The notes below the pieces were generated by a model, which was not told the DNA's origin, did no database searches, and saw only the letters and a program-made list of their open reading frames with translations. A program made the translations under genes and the position numbers. Source: Anaerolineae bacterium (GTDB taxonomy: Bacteria; Chloroflexota; Anaerolineae; UBA1429). From it: a stretch of DNA of 64,000 nt. The stretch lies in NCBI GenBank assembly GCA_963675785.1, contig OY776562.1:1280001-1344000 (forward strand), given 5' to 3'. The number at the start of each line of letters is the position of its first letter. The first letter of the stretch is position 1. Positions 20,636 to 30,361 of the stretch are shown here, one piece after another.

Positions 20636-22366
20636 CTAACGGATAACAGAAATACGATAGGAAACGCCCTCGCCGGGGTCAGCCAGGTCGATGCGGATCA
20701 AGCCCATTAGCCCTCGCGTGCTCTGATAGCCATATGGCAGCACTGCTGTATGTTCGGCGCGACCATCGCAAACCAGCTGAATCTGTTCGGCACCCAAGCT
20801 GAGGGTCACCACCGTACGCTCTGCCTGCTCGTCCACCTCGACCTCGGTTTCATAGCCAAGGCCACAGTCGCGCAGATAAGGCACCAACAGGGTGTTATAG
20901 CCACAGCGATTGCACATACGCTCGGTTACGGCTACACCGTCATCGTCAATAGCCAGGTTCATCTGGAACACGTCTGAACTACCCTTGGCGCGGGCTAACA
21001 GCTTTAAGCTGGATTCGCCGGTCTGTTCGAACCCGCCAATGGGTCGCGGATCCATCTGGGCCACGACAGCCAAAGGCTCAGAGCCGGCGCCCTCACGCAA
21101 CGCCAGACCGATGTTGTACCAGGCGTGGGGATCGGAGAGGTGCTTGGTGCTGGTAGCCCACTGCAAATAGCGACCTGGTCCAAAGGTCAGGTCAACCAGG
21201 CCAAAGCCGTCGTAATGGTCGTTGGCCCAGGCGTTCACATGGGCGCTGTAGACGCCGCGATGCACCAAGGCACGGTAGGTCGGATCGCCTTCAATGAACA
21301 CCGTCGGCTCACGGTCCCACTCGAACAGGGGCTCATCGTCAAACCCATCCAAGATGCCCCGCGCAAAGAACCCTAGCGGCATATTGCCGTGGTGAGCATC
21401 GGCCGTGTAAGGCTCATAGCCCAGCCGATACGAAGGTGGCAGCAGGTGTTCCACCGGACTAAAGGGCCCGTTGGGGCGCTGCCAGCGCATGAAGGAGGCA
21501 AAGGCCAACCGCGCCGCCTCAGCGGCCTTGGCCGAACGTGTGGGGTCGCTCTGGGCAAAATAGTTCTTGCAGAGGGTGAAAAAGGCCGCTTCGCAAGCAG
21601 GGATCCAAGAGCAGCCGGTGGTGCGATAAGCCGAAGCCATCGAGCCATCGGAGAGTTGCACAGCCAACGAGCGATCCAGCCCGGTGGTCATCAGGCGTTC
21701 CATCTGTGCCTTCCAGCGCCCCTCATAGCCATCCACCAGGCAGGCAGCCAGGTGATAGCGGGTAAAAAGATCGTAGCAGTTGGGATGCCCCGGCTCTTGG
21801 TAAAAACCCTGCTCTACCAGAATGTCGTTCTTGAAAAAAACATCCATCCAGCGGTCGAAATCCTCTAGCGTGTTATTCGAGAGCCCCTCGCGAATGCGCA
21901 TCCACTCGCCTGAAACCCACACCATGGCCCAGTTGTTGGGCGGGCGGCTGCGGAATGAGGCATAAACATCCACGCTCTTGATGAGCTCCACCAGGCTCTC
22001 GGCATCCGCTGGCGAAACTTGCTTGAGGATACGATAAGTAGCCAAAATAGCCGGCCAGAAAAAGTCGCGGTGGTTGAGGCGGCTGACGATTGAGGCCGTC
22101 ACCGAATCGACGCTGGATACGGTGGGAAGTGCCGTGGGATCGGCCACCAGGTTCAGCGAGGCGTTGACGCTGTGCATCGCTACCGCTAAATGCTCAGCAC
22201 GATGTTCTTCAGGTCCCCTCAGGGCTAACACCGCCCGTCCCAAAGCATGATAAGGCGTGCCGTACTGGGTTGGTTCGCCCATCAACGGATCGATGATCTC
22301 GCCATCCTCACGCAAATAGGGTTCATAGCTCAAAAGGCCGCGTTCCAGCAGTTCGATGGGTCGCAT
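20636..22366 (-). CDS. Uncharacterised protein, tandem paralogue of 18891-20624
   Basis: Colinear 576-aa paralogue with RPPNNW; AGGAGA RBS. Confidence 0.8.
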   Translation of the reverse strand: MRPIELLERGLLSYEPYLREDGEIIDPLMGEPTQYGTPYHALGRAVLALRGPEEHRAEHLAVAMHSVNASLNLVADPTALPTVSSVDSVTASIVSRLNHRDFFWPAILATYRILKQVSPADAESLVELIKSVDVYASFRSRPPNNWAMVWVSGEWMRIREGLSNNTLEDFDRWMDVFFKNDILVEQGFYQEPGHPNCYDLFTRYHLAACLVDGYEGRWKAQMERLMTTGLDRSLAVQLSDGSMASAYRTTGCSWIPACEAAFFTLCKNYFAQSDPTRSAKAAEAARLAFASFMRWQRPNGPFSPVEHLLPPSYRLGYEPYTADAHHGNMPLGFFARGILDGFDDEPLFEWDREPTVFIEGDPTYRALVHRGVYSAHVNAWANDHYDGFGLVDLTFGPGRYLQWATSTKHLSDPHAWYNIGLALREGAGSEPLAVVAQMDPRPIGGFEQTGESSLKLLARAKGSSDVFQMNLAIDDDGVAVTERMCNRCGYNTLLVPYLRDCGLGYETEVEVDEQAERTVVTLSLGAEQIQLVCDGRAEHTAVLPYGYQSTRGLMGLIRIDLADPGEGVSYRISVIR

Positions 22367-22399
22367 AAGGTCAATCTCCTATCATTGAGCAAGCTCTAG

Positions 22400-22422
22400 A
22401 AGACGCTCCCTTGGAGCGTCTT
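22400..22422 (-). terminator. Intra-operon hairpin after GH127 gene
   Basis: AAGACGCTCC-CTT-GGAGCGTCTT. Confidence 0.45.
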
Positions 22423-22428
22423 ACATCT

Positions 22429-24360
22429 TTAGCAAGTGTGCACCCACACCAGCATCGAACCTGGGGCACGGTTGCCCCAGGCGTAATAGGGTACAAAAGT
22501 CAGTTCGACGGGTTGACGGTTGGGTGCTCCGGGCGCATACAGAGTTCCATTACCTGGAGCCGTCTTGCGCCAGCCTTTGCCCGTGATTAGCGCCACGCCG
22601 CCCAGCAAATCCGCGTCGTAGGAGGCGCTCAACGCACTGCCCTCGGGCAGCACCAGGGCGTGCAGCCCCTCGCCGTTATCAGCCGCTTCCAGGCAGTAAA
22701 GGATAGGGCCACGCTGTATGGCGGTGCAGCCATTGTCCATCCACACCTCAGGGCGAGCGTAAAGGCGCTCCACCGGCATGGGCAAGGTCAATTCGATCAA
22801 GTCACCAGCGACCCACTCACGAGTAAGCAAGGCATAGCCATTCGCCAGCACCGCAGAGACCTTGATATTCTCACCGTTGATGCTCAAGGCCGGTTTACGG
22901 CACCAGCCGGGGATACGCAACGCCACCGTCGGGCTGCCGCTCACCTCGGCCACGGTCAGGTGAATGCGCTCATCCCAGGGATAGTCCGTCTCTTGCAGCA
23001 AGCGCACGCTGCCACCCTCAAAACGGAACTCGGCCTCGGATGGCGTATACAGGTTGCAATAAACCGTGCTGCCCCGCCGCGAATAGACGTACATGTTCAA
23101 TGAGGCAGCCAGGCGAGCCACGTTAGGTGGGCAACAGGCGCAGCCAAACCAAGGCTGACGTTGCGGCTGTTCGCTATCATGGCACTCTTCGGGGCGCTTG
23201 GCATCCCAAACAGCCTTGTTCACATCCAGCATGTTGGCGTAGAAAAAGTCCTTGCCATCCAGCGAGACACCGGGTAGCACGGCGTTGTACAAACAGCGCT
23301 CCATCACATCGGCGTATTCGCCGCGAGGATCGAGATCGAGCATACGCCGCGCCCAAAACACAGCGCCGATGGCAGCGCAGGTCTCGGCATAAGCGGTGTC
23401 ATTGGGCAGATCGTAATCGCTGGTAAAGCGCTCACCGTTGGCCGAAGAGCCAATGCCGCCGGTGACGTACATGCGTCGATCGACCATGCTGTGCCACAGG
23501 CGCTTGCTGGCCTCGGCCAGCTCGGCGTCATCCTGCAGCAGGGCCACGTCGGTGACGCCGCTCATCAAATAGGTGGCCCGCACAGAATGCCCCTCGATGT
23601 CGGTCTGCTCGACGATGGGGGCATGAGCCTGAAAATACTCGGACCCACCCCAACGCGGTGTGTCCGTCTCTCCCAGGGCAGCGCGCTCGACATCCCAATA
23701 GTGGGGCTGGCGGCCGCGCTCATCCACAAAATACTCGGCCAGATCGAGGTATTTTTCCTCGCCCGTTGCGCGATACAGTTTGACCAGAGCCAGCTCGATC
23801 TCCTCGTGGCCGGGATAGCTGGGAATCTGCCCCTCACCATGGCCAAACACCGTGGCAATGTAATCGGCATAGCGGCACATCACATCCAAGAACTTGCGCT
23901 TGCCAGTGCCCTGATAATAGGCCACGGCCCCCTCGATGAGGTGCCCGGCGCAGTAGAGCTCGTGCATGATGCGCGTGTTGCTCCAGCGCTTGCCTGGCTC
24001 AACCACGGTGTAATAGGTGTTGAGATAGCCGTCCTCTTGCTGCACATCGGCCAAATCGTCGATGACGGCATCGGCCAGGGCTTCCAGTTCGGGATCGGAG
24101 TAATTGGCCAGGCTATAGCCCACAGCCTCCAGCCACTTGGCCTCGTCGGAATCCCAAAAGTGATGCGGACGATTAGGGTCGCCCGGCTTCCAGCCCAGCT
24201 TGAGCGATTCCAGTCGTCCGGTATCGCGCAGCTGCTCGTATTCGATGGGCAATGTATTGGTGCGGTTGGTATCCTGCACGCGCTTGAGCAAGCCGCAAGT
24301 CAGCTTGACCTGCTGTAGCATGGTTTCCGGCGCTTGAACCTCTGAATGCTTCATCCTCAC
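22429..24360 (-). CDS. GH127 beta-L-arabinofuranosidase family
   Basis: WDSDEAKWLEA, HELYCAGH, GHEEIELAL, GHSVRA, YAETCA, CACCPPN. Confidence 0.93.
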   Translation of the reverse strand: MRMKHSEVQAPETMLQQVKLTCGLLKRVQDTNRTNTLPIEYEQLRDTGRLESLKLGWKPGDPNRPHHFWDSDEAKWLEAVGYSLANYSDPELEALADAVIDDLADVQQEDGYLNTYYTVVEPGKRWSNTRIMHELYCAGHLIEGAVAYYQGTGKRKFLDVMCRYADYIATVFGHGEGQIPSYPGHEEIELALVKLYRATGEEKYLDLAEYFVDERGRQPHYWDVERAALGETDTPRWGGSEYFQAHAPIVEQTDIEGHSVRATYLMSGVTDVALLQDDAELAEASKRLWHSMVDRRMYVTGGIGSSANGERFTSDYDLPNDTAYAETCAAIGAVFWARRMLDLDPRGEYADVMERCLYNAVLPGVSLDGKDFFYANMLDVNKAVWDAKRPEECHDSEQPQRQPWFGCACCPPNVARLAASLNMYVYSRRGSTVYCNLYTPSEAEFRFEGGSVRLLQETDYPWDERIHLTVAEVSGSPTVALRIPGWCRKPALSINGENIKVSAVLANGYALLTREWVAGDLIELTLPMPVERLYARPEVWMDNGCTAIQRGPILYCLEAADNGEGLHALVLPEGSALSASYDADLLGGVALITGKGWRKTAPGNGTLYAPGAPNRQPVELTFVPYYAWGNRAPGSMLVWVHTC

Positions 24361-25250
24361 TCCTCTACTCGCTCAGATTGCTGCACACGACTGCCATCCG
24401 ACAGCCGCAACCAGGTATCGAAACCACGGCGCCCCTCATGCAAACGAATGAGCCGCGCACCGCGCAAAAATCCCTCGCGCCCATAGGTGTGATAGCCACC
24501 GCCTCGGCCGTACACCAGGTGAATGCCCTCCAGCAGGCCATCGAAATCATTGATGTGATCATGGCCGCAGAACACGCCGTATACCGCACCGTCCAATTTC
24601 AGGGCGGCAAACAAGCCGCTGTTCACCTTCGGACAGCAAATAGACTCGTAACGAGCGCCTCGCGTTCCCGGATGCTCCCAGGCTCGCTCGTATTCCGGTA
24701 GGGGTATGTGCAAGAACAACAACGCCTGTGGATACTCACTCTGCAGACGCTGTGCCATCAACCAATCGATCTGGGCCTGTTCTACCCAGGCATAGTTGTC
24801 GTGGGCCGGGTCGGCGTAATCGTGGGAATCGAGCATGATCAGCTCAGCCCCCGGATCCCCCGCTACCTTCAAGATATAGTTGCCCACACCAGGCAATTCC
24901 GCTGGACCTGGCTCGCTCAAACAACCGGGCAGCGTGCGCTGATAATCCATTTGCTGCTGGCGATCCCATTTGCTCTCGGCGTCGTGATTGCCATAGATGG
25001 CCGCCCAGGGGATGCCCCGTTCGATCATGGGCGCCGCCGCGTGATCCCAGGCAGCTTGCTCATCCTCTACAGAACGCCCGCCCAACGTATCGCCGGTCAG
25101 CACCACCAAATCGGGGTGCTCAGCGTCCAACACCAGGCGCATCAGCGCAGTGCTATTGGCATCGCGGGGAGCACCATACAGGTGCAAATCGGTAAACTGG
25201 CAGATGGCAAAGGTGCCATCGTCGCCAAAGCGCAGAGTGTTTTCACTCAT
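24357..25250 (-). CDS. Calcineurin-like metallophosphoesterase (DCR2-like)
   Basis: FTDLH, LTGD, GNHD, FLHIPLPEY, CGHDH. Confidence 0.9.
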   Translation of the reverse strand: MSENTLRFGDDGTFAICQFTDLHLYGAPRDANSTALMRLVLDAEHPDLVVLTGDTLGGRSVEDEQAAWDHAAAPMIERGIPWAAIYGNHDAESKWDRQQQMDYQRTLPGCLSEPGPAELPGVGNYILKVAGDPGAELIMLDSHDYADPAHDNYAWVEQAQIDWLMAQRLQSEYPQALLFLHIPLPEYERAWEHPGTRGARYESICCPKVNSGLFAALKLDGAVYGVFCGHDHINDFDGLLEGIHLVYGRGGGYHTYGREGFLRGARLIRLHEGRRGFDTWLRLSDGSRVQQSERVEE

Positions 25251-25410
25251 AGTGGCAGTCTATCCTTACTGTAGGTAAGCGTCAACGTGGGCGCAATGGC
25301 CCCGCGCGGCAGGATACATCCAACAGCAGCAGGCCGCAAGCAACTGCGCCTGCCTTGTAGGCGTAAGTATGGTAGTATATCGGTGTCAACTGCCAGGAAG
25401 AGGAGTCGAT

Positions 25411-26334
25411 ATGGATCAGTCGATCACTGTTGAAAATCTGCACAAAAGCTATGGCGAGGTACAAGCCGTACGCGGTGTCAGCTTTTCCGTCAACCGGGGT
25501 GAGATTCTGGGTTTGTTGGGGCCTAATGGCGCCGGAAAAACCACCACGTTAGAGTGCCTGGAAGGTCTGCGTCAGCCCGATCAGGGCCAGCTAGCGATCA
25601 TGGGCGTGGACCCCACCCGCGACGGTACTCATTTGTGCGACGTCATCGGCGTGCAGCTGCAAACCTCCGGCTTGCCGCCCGATATGACCGTGACCGAGGC
25701 CATGCGCTTTATCTGCGCCTACCACGGCTTGGCGCCCCGCACCGATTTGTTGGCGCGCATGGGGCTAGCCGAACACGCCGCTCAAACTTATGCCCACCTC
25801 TCTACCGGGCAGCAGCGCCGCTTGGCCTTGACTCTGGCCATCGCCCACCGGCCGCCCGTGGTCATTCTGGACGAGCCCACCGCCGGCTTGGATGTGGCCT
25901 CGCGCACTGAGCTGCACCAACTGATGCAAGAGCTGCGCAACGAAGGTACGGCCGTCTTGTTGGCCACCCACGATATGGCCGAAGCCGAAAAGATGACCGA
26001 CCGTGTGGCCATCCTGCTGCAAGGGCAAATTGTGGCCAGCGGCACACCCAAAGAGATCACCGCCACCGGGTCGGCCTATACCAAGGTGTCGGTACGCAGC
26101 GAAACCGACAGCCTCAAGGCACGCTCCGATGCTCTGCCGGGCGTGGTGCGCACTGCCTTCGATGAAGATTATGTCATCTTGTGGACCACCGACATTGCCG
26201 CAACCGTTACGGCGGTGCTGGCGGGCTTGCAGGCTGCCAACGATCCTCTGGTTGATCTGCGCGTCGAACGCCCCACCCTGGAGGAACGCTTCCTGGAGAT
26301 CACCCACTTTGAGCGCAACGGAGGCACCGCATGA
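25411..26334 (+). CDS. ABC-2 type exporter ATP-binding protein
   Basis: GPNGAGKTT, LSTGQQRR, ILDEPTAGLD, LATH; AGGAG RBS. Confidence 0.93.
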   Translation: MDQSITVENLHKSYGEVQAVRGVSFSVNRGEILGLLGPNGAGKTTTLECLEGLRQPDQGQLAIMGVDPTRDGTHLCDVIGVQLQTSGLPPDMTVTEAMRFICAYHGLAPRTDLLARMGLAEHAAQTYAHLSTGQQRRLALTLAIAHRPPVVILDEPTAGLDVASRTELHQLMQELRNEGTAVLLATHDMAEAEKMTDRVAILLQGQIVASGTPKEITATGSAYTKVSVRSETDSLKARSDALPGVVRTAFDEDYVILWTTDIAATVTAVLAGLQAANDPLVDLRVERPTLEERFLEITHFERNGGTA

Positions 26335-27140
26335 GCGCTTTTATCCAGCATTTCACCTTTGAATTCAAGACCGGCCTGCGCAACTCGACGCAGCTGCTGA
26401 TGCACTATTTGTTCCCGCTGGGCTTTTTCGCGCTGATGGGCGTGGTAATGACGGCCATCAACCCCCTGTGGGCCGATACCATGATCCCGGCCATCATCGT
26501 GTTTGGCGCCATGGCCAGCATCCTGCTGGCGCTGCCCGCCACCCTGGTCGAAGCCCGCACCGCCGGCATATTCCGCACCTACAAAATCAACGGCGTGCCC
26601 GCCGTCAACATCCTGGCTGTGCCCGCCCTCACCGATATGCTCCACGTCATCGTCATGGCTGCCATCGTGGTCCTGGCCGCCGGACCGCTCTTTGGCGGCA
26701 CCGCGCCGCAAAACTGGGCGGGCCTGACCCTGGTTACTATAGTCACTGCTGCGGCTCTGGCAGGGCTGGCCGCCCTGGTGGGCGTCATCGCCCAAAACAC
26801 CGGCGCCACCGTGCTCTGGTCGCAGCTCATCTTTTTGCCCTCCATCCTGCTGGGCGGGGTGATGATGCCCCTCAGCGCACTGCCCGCCTCCATTCTGCCC
26901 ATCTCGCGACTCTTTCCGGCCACCTATGCCATGCAGGCTTTCGATGGGCTGGCCTATGGCCGAGAGACCCTGTTCAGCCCCTGGCTGGCAGTGGCTGTGC
27001 TGGCCGTGGGCGCTGTCGTCGCCTTTGCGCTGGCGGTATACTTGTTCAACTGGGACGAGCGCAACAACACCCGCCGCGGACATCCGGCCCTGGCGCTGCT
27101 CGCCCTGGCACCCTATGCTATCACACTGCTCTTTGCCTGA
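26331..27140 (+). CDS. ABC-2 type exporter permease
   Basis: Six-TM profile, overlaps ATPase stop (ATGA), LGGVMMPL..LP..P.TYA. Confidence 0.88.
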   Translation: MSAFIQHFTFEFKTGLRNSTQLLMHYLFPLGFFALMGVVMTAINPLWADTMIPAIIVFGAMASILLALPATLVEARTAGIFRTYKINGVPAVNILAVPALTDMLHVIVMAAIVVLAAGPLFGGTAPQNWAGLTLVTIVTAAALAGLAALVGVIAQNTGATVLWSQLIFLPSILLGGVMMPLSALPASILPISRLFPATYAMQAFDGLAYGRETLFSPWLAVAVLAVGAVVAFALAVYLFNWDERNNTRRGHPALALLALAPYAITLLFA

Positions 27141-27164
27141 GATACCCATTGTAGGAGGGACACC

Positions 27165-28154
27165 ATGACCATCGCCCGCATCGCCACTGTATGCCAAGCC
27201 CGCCAATACTATAACAATGTCGAGGCCAACCGCGACCACGTGATGGGCTTGCTGGACCTGGCCCTGCAAGCCAAGCCCGACCTGGTTTGCCTGCCGGAGA
27301 CCTTTACCACGGTGAACGTGCCCCTTGGCAATCCCTACGAGCTGGCCGAGACGATACCCGGCCCCACCACCGAAGCCGTGGCCCAGCGCGCCCGCCAGCA
27401 CCATTGCTACATCATTTGCCCCATGCGTAACCAGCGTGAGGGCAAAATCTACAACTCGGCCGTCATCATCGACCGCCAGGGGCAGATTGTCGGCATTTAT
27501 GACAAGGCCCACCCGGTGACCACCACCATCGACTATACTTCCTTTGAGAACGACGTGACCCCCGGCGATCCCGATGTGCCTGTGTTCGACCTCGATTTCG
27601 GCCGCATCGGCATCCAAATCTGCTACGACGCCGGTTTCGCCGAAAGCTGGCAAGTGCTGGCCGACAAGGGCGCCCGCCTGGTGCTCTGGCCCTCGGCCTA
27701 CAATGGCGGCTACCCCCTGGAGGCCTATGCCTACCTGCACCACTATTACGTGGTTACCTCGGTGCGCACCGACATGTCGCGCATCATTGACCCCCTGGGC
27801 CAGGTGGTGCAGCGCACCGACGAGCGCCAGCGCATCATCTATCAAGATATCAACTGCGATTTCTGCGTCTCGCACTATGACTGGTGTGTCAGCATCCCGG
27901 ACCTGCTGCTGGCCGAGTACGGCGACCGGGTCAAGGTGGTTTCGCATCGCGATAGCGGCCATTTTCTGGTAGAGCCAATGGACGACGCTATCACCATCGC
28001 CCAGCTCCAGCAGGAGTTTGGCTTTGAATCCACCTACGCCTATCACCAGCGGCACCGCGAGGCCCACGCCCGCCTGCGCGCTGGCCTGGCCGTAGAGCCC
28101 GAACTGGGCCCCCACGGCGACCGGCCCATGCACGGCACCTTTGGCAAACGCTGA
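27165..28154 (+). CDS. Carbon-nitrogen hydrolase (nitrilase superfamily)
   Basis: E-K-C triad in LPETF, YDKAHP, QICYD. Confidence 0.9.
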   Translation: MTIARIATVCQARQYYNNVEANRDHVMGLLDLALQAKPDLVCLPETFTTVNVPLGNPYELAETIPGPTTEAVAQRARQHHCYIICPMRNQREGKIYNSAVIIDRQGQIVGIYDKAHPVTTTIDYTSFENDVTPGDPDVPVFDLDFGRIGIQICYDAGFAESWQVLADKGARLVLWPSAYNGGYPLEAYAYLHHYYVVTSVRTDMSRIIDPLGQVVQRTDERQRIIYQDINCDFCVSHYDWCVSIPDLLLAEYGDRVKVVSHRDSGHFLVEPMDDAITIAQLQQEFGFESTYAYHQRHREAHARLRAGLAVEPELGPHGDRPMHGTFGKR

Positions 28155-28164
28155 GGAGGAACCC

Positions 28165-28581
28165 ATGACACCTGGCGAGGCTGACCTGACCACGCTGCTG
28201 CGCAGCATGGCCCCCGAGTTGCAGCCCGGCGAATACCTCTTTTGCCACCTGCCGCCGGGTCAGCCCGTGCCCTGGGGGTTGGAACCGCTCTGCACCTACC
28301 AGGAGGCCGAGGGGTTGACCGTCATTGCCCTGCGCAGCGCCGCCCAACATGCCGGATTGGTGGGGGTGTTCCCCTGCCGCCTCATCACCCTGACCGTCCA
28401 TTCCAGCCTGGAGGCCGTGGGCCTGCTCGCCGCCGTTACCCGGGCCCTGGCCCAGCGCGGCATCGCCGTCAACGCCGTCTCGGCGTATACCCACGACCAC
28501 CTCTTTGTACCGCTGGACAGAGCGGAGGAGGCGGTGGAGGTGCTGCGCGGGTTGGTGAAGGGTGCTTGGGGTGGAGGGTGA
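28165..28581 (+). CDS. ACT domain protein (DUF2241-like)
   Basis: GEADLTTLLRSMAPEL, EAEGLTVI, ITLTVHSSLEAVGL, VSAYTHDHLFVP. Confidence 0.85.
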   Translation: MTPGEADLTTLLRSMAPELQPGEYLFCHLPPGQPVPWGLEPLCTYQEAEGLTVIALRSAAQHAGLVGVFPCRLITLTVHSSLEAVGLLAAVTRALAQRGIAVNAVSAYTHDHLFVPLDRAEEAVEVLRGLVKGAWGGG

Positions 28582-28622
28582 GAGAATATTATTCAACTTG
28601 TAACGTTTCAAAAGGAGAGGGA

Positions 28623-29408
28623 ATGGGCAGACTAATACAAGAAGATTCAAGTCCCAACCAAATGGTTTCTTTTTTCATGAAACATGTTGTGCCAATTCAT
28701 TTTACTTTTCAGAAAGACAGTGACACTGCGTCAGAGAAAGTGGGAAAAGTATATTCTGCTTTTGTTCTTTCAGTTAATGAGGTTTGGTTTTTAGTTACAG
28801 CTGGGCATTGTTTACGAGATATAGAGGGCTATCTACATACTGGATGGGAAATAAAAACCTGCCTCCTTCTCGATGGATTAAGCAGTGAAGCAAAAGATGG
28901 CAACGCTCTTGTTTTTGATTACATGAGTGGTGCTCCAAGTCCTATCCGTGATGAAACCAAAGGGCTCGATTACGGTATCATTCTACTGCGACCATATTAT
29001 GTGCACTTGCTAAAAGCCAACGGTATAGTCGCTTTCGATGAAAATGCTTGGTTAACACCTCCTTCTAAAGCAGATAGCTATTTCATGTTAGGCTTACCTG
29101 ATGAATTTCAGGATGTATCTTCTAACCAGGGTAGAATTCAACCAGCGTTAATTAAACTTGAACCTACGATACCTCCAAAAGCATTGATTAAACAGTTGGA
29201 CCGGTTTTATGCGCATATTGTCAATCCGGAAGAACCTAAATCGATTGTGGGGATGAGCGGTGCGCCTATCATTGCAATCAACGAAAGTGGAGACTATTGG
29301 CTTGTGGCTGTACAGAGTACATGGCTATCAAGCACGCGTACAATTGCAGGCTGTCGTACCCGCGGGCTTTGTTTAGCACTCGATGCCCTAATGAAAAAAC
29401 CAAGATGA
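28623..29408 (+). CDS. Trypsin-like serine protease, cytoplasmic
   Basis: LVTAGHCL (His), LDYGII (Asp), GMSGAPI (Ser); AAGGAGAGG RBS; AT-richer than flanks. Confidence 0.75.
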   Translation: MGRLIQEDSSPNQMVSFFMKHVVPIHFTFQKDSDTASEKVGKVYSAFVLSVNEVWFLVTAGHCLRDIEGYLHTGWEIKTCLLLDGLSSEAKDGNALVFDYMSGAPSPIRDETKGLDYGIILLRPYYVHLLKANGIVAFDENAWLTPPSKADSYFMLGLPDEFQDVSSNQGRIQPALIKLEPTIPPKALIKQLDRFYAHIVNPEEPKSIVGMSGAPIIAINESGDYWLVAVQSTWLSSTRTIAGCRTRGLCLALDALMKKPR

Positions 29409-29473
29409 AGTAGATATACTAGAATATTATCTCAAAATAAATCTCTGTAGCTTGAAAAGACTGGGGAGATAAA

Positions 29474-30145
29474 ATGGAACAGGTAATATCAGAGCTTGTT
29501 CTGCAAAACATGGCCTGGTGGGCTGCAATAATCGTACTGGTTATTCTCGCAGTGGGAGCTTATTCTATCCCTAGAATAGTAGATCACCGCCTAGACAAAC
29601 GACAAGAAGTTTTCAGAACTGAACAAAGCCTAATCCTCGCGAAATTCGAAATTGAGACACAGGCCAAGTTCGACAATAATGCCAAACTCTATGATATGCA
29701 ACTTGGCATATTGCCAGAGCTTTGGTCAAAACTGACGACTGCTCAAGATGAAGTCGTTTCTACCCTAGGTTCGGTTCAGTTTTTTATAGACCTATGGGAA
29801 AGCGAGAAATTGTCTGGAACGCGGCTTGAAGCATATTTCAACGAAAGCAAAAACAAGCTAGGTGATTGTCAAGACAAGTGGGATCAAGACAAACAGTATA
29901 TTAAACAGAGAGAACTTCTTCTATCTCAAGAAATCGTCAATTCTATTGATGCCTGCATTATGTTGATTGATCTTGAATTAATAAGTTACGCAGGCTTTTT
30001 CTTCGATATTGTTCCTTCCACACCTCCCTTGATTGAATGCGATCTTGGCGAATTTCGAAAAGGAACAGAAGAATATCTTAAAAGAATAAGAAATAGTATG
30101 CGAGAAGCTATACTTGATAGTAATAAAAAAGAGAAAGATGATTGA
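29474..30145 (+). CDS. Hypothetical protein with N-terminal TM helix and helical body
   Basis: 223-aa ORF, GGGGAG RBS, TM WWAAIIVLVILAVGAY; AT-rich. Confidence 0.7.
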   Translation: MEQVISELVLQNMAWWAAIIVLVILAVGAYSIPRIVDHRLDKRQEVFRTEQSLILAKFEIETQAKFDNNAKLYDMQLGILPELWSKLTTAQDEVVSTLGSVQFFIDLWESEKLSGTRLEAYFNESKNKLGDCQDKWDQDKQYIKQRELLLSQEIVNSIDACIMLIDLELISYAGFFFDIVPSTPPLIECDLGEFRKGTEEYLKRIRNSMREAILDSNKKEKDD

Positions 30146-30268
30146 TTATGTCATGATAGATATGAAACAAAATACACGTGCCTAGTAAGACCAGTTTTAA
30201 GTTTTCCTTCGGTGAGACTCCTGTGATTGTGCTTCTTCGCTAAAGAGCATGCTGTCTCCTCCCCCTTT

Positions 30269-30299
30269 TTGACTTGGAGTTGACTCCAGGTGCTACAAT
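30269..30299 (+). promoter_or_regulatory. MerR-type promoter (19-bp spacer) with NmlR/AdhR-like dyad
   Basis: TTGACT(30269-74)-19 nt-TACAAT(30294-99); spacer holds TGGAGT-TG-ACTCCA. Confidence 0.85.
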
Positions 30300-30361
30300 G
30301 ACCTCATAACGATACCAGCCCGAGTAAGCACCATCCCCGTAAACCTAGGAGTGTATGAAGC

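Noticed and set aside
26169-28208. 679-aa minus-strand ORF
   Set aside because: Antisense shadow of the GC-rich ABC permease and nitrilase genes, which have clear motifs and RBSs.
28242-28622. N-terminal extension of the 388-aa ORF (possible fusion or frameshift)
   Set aside because: Overlaps the ACT gene in another frame with low-complexity Arg/Pro/Gly sequence; a strong RBS supports the start at 28623.
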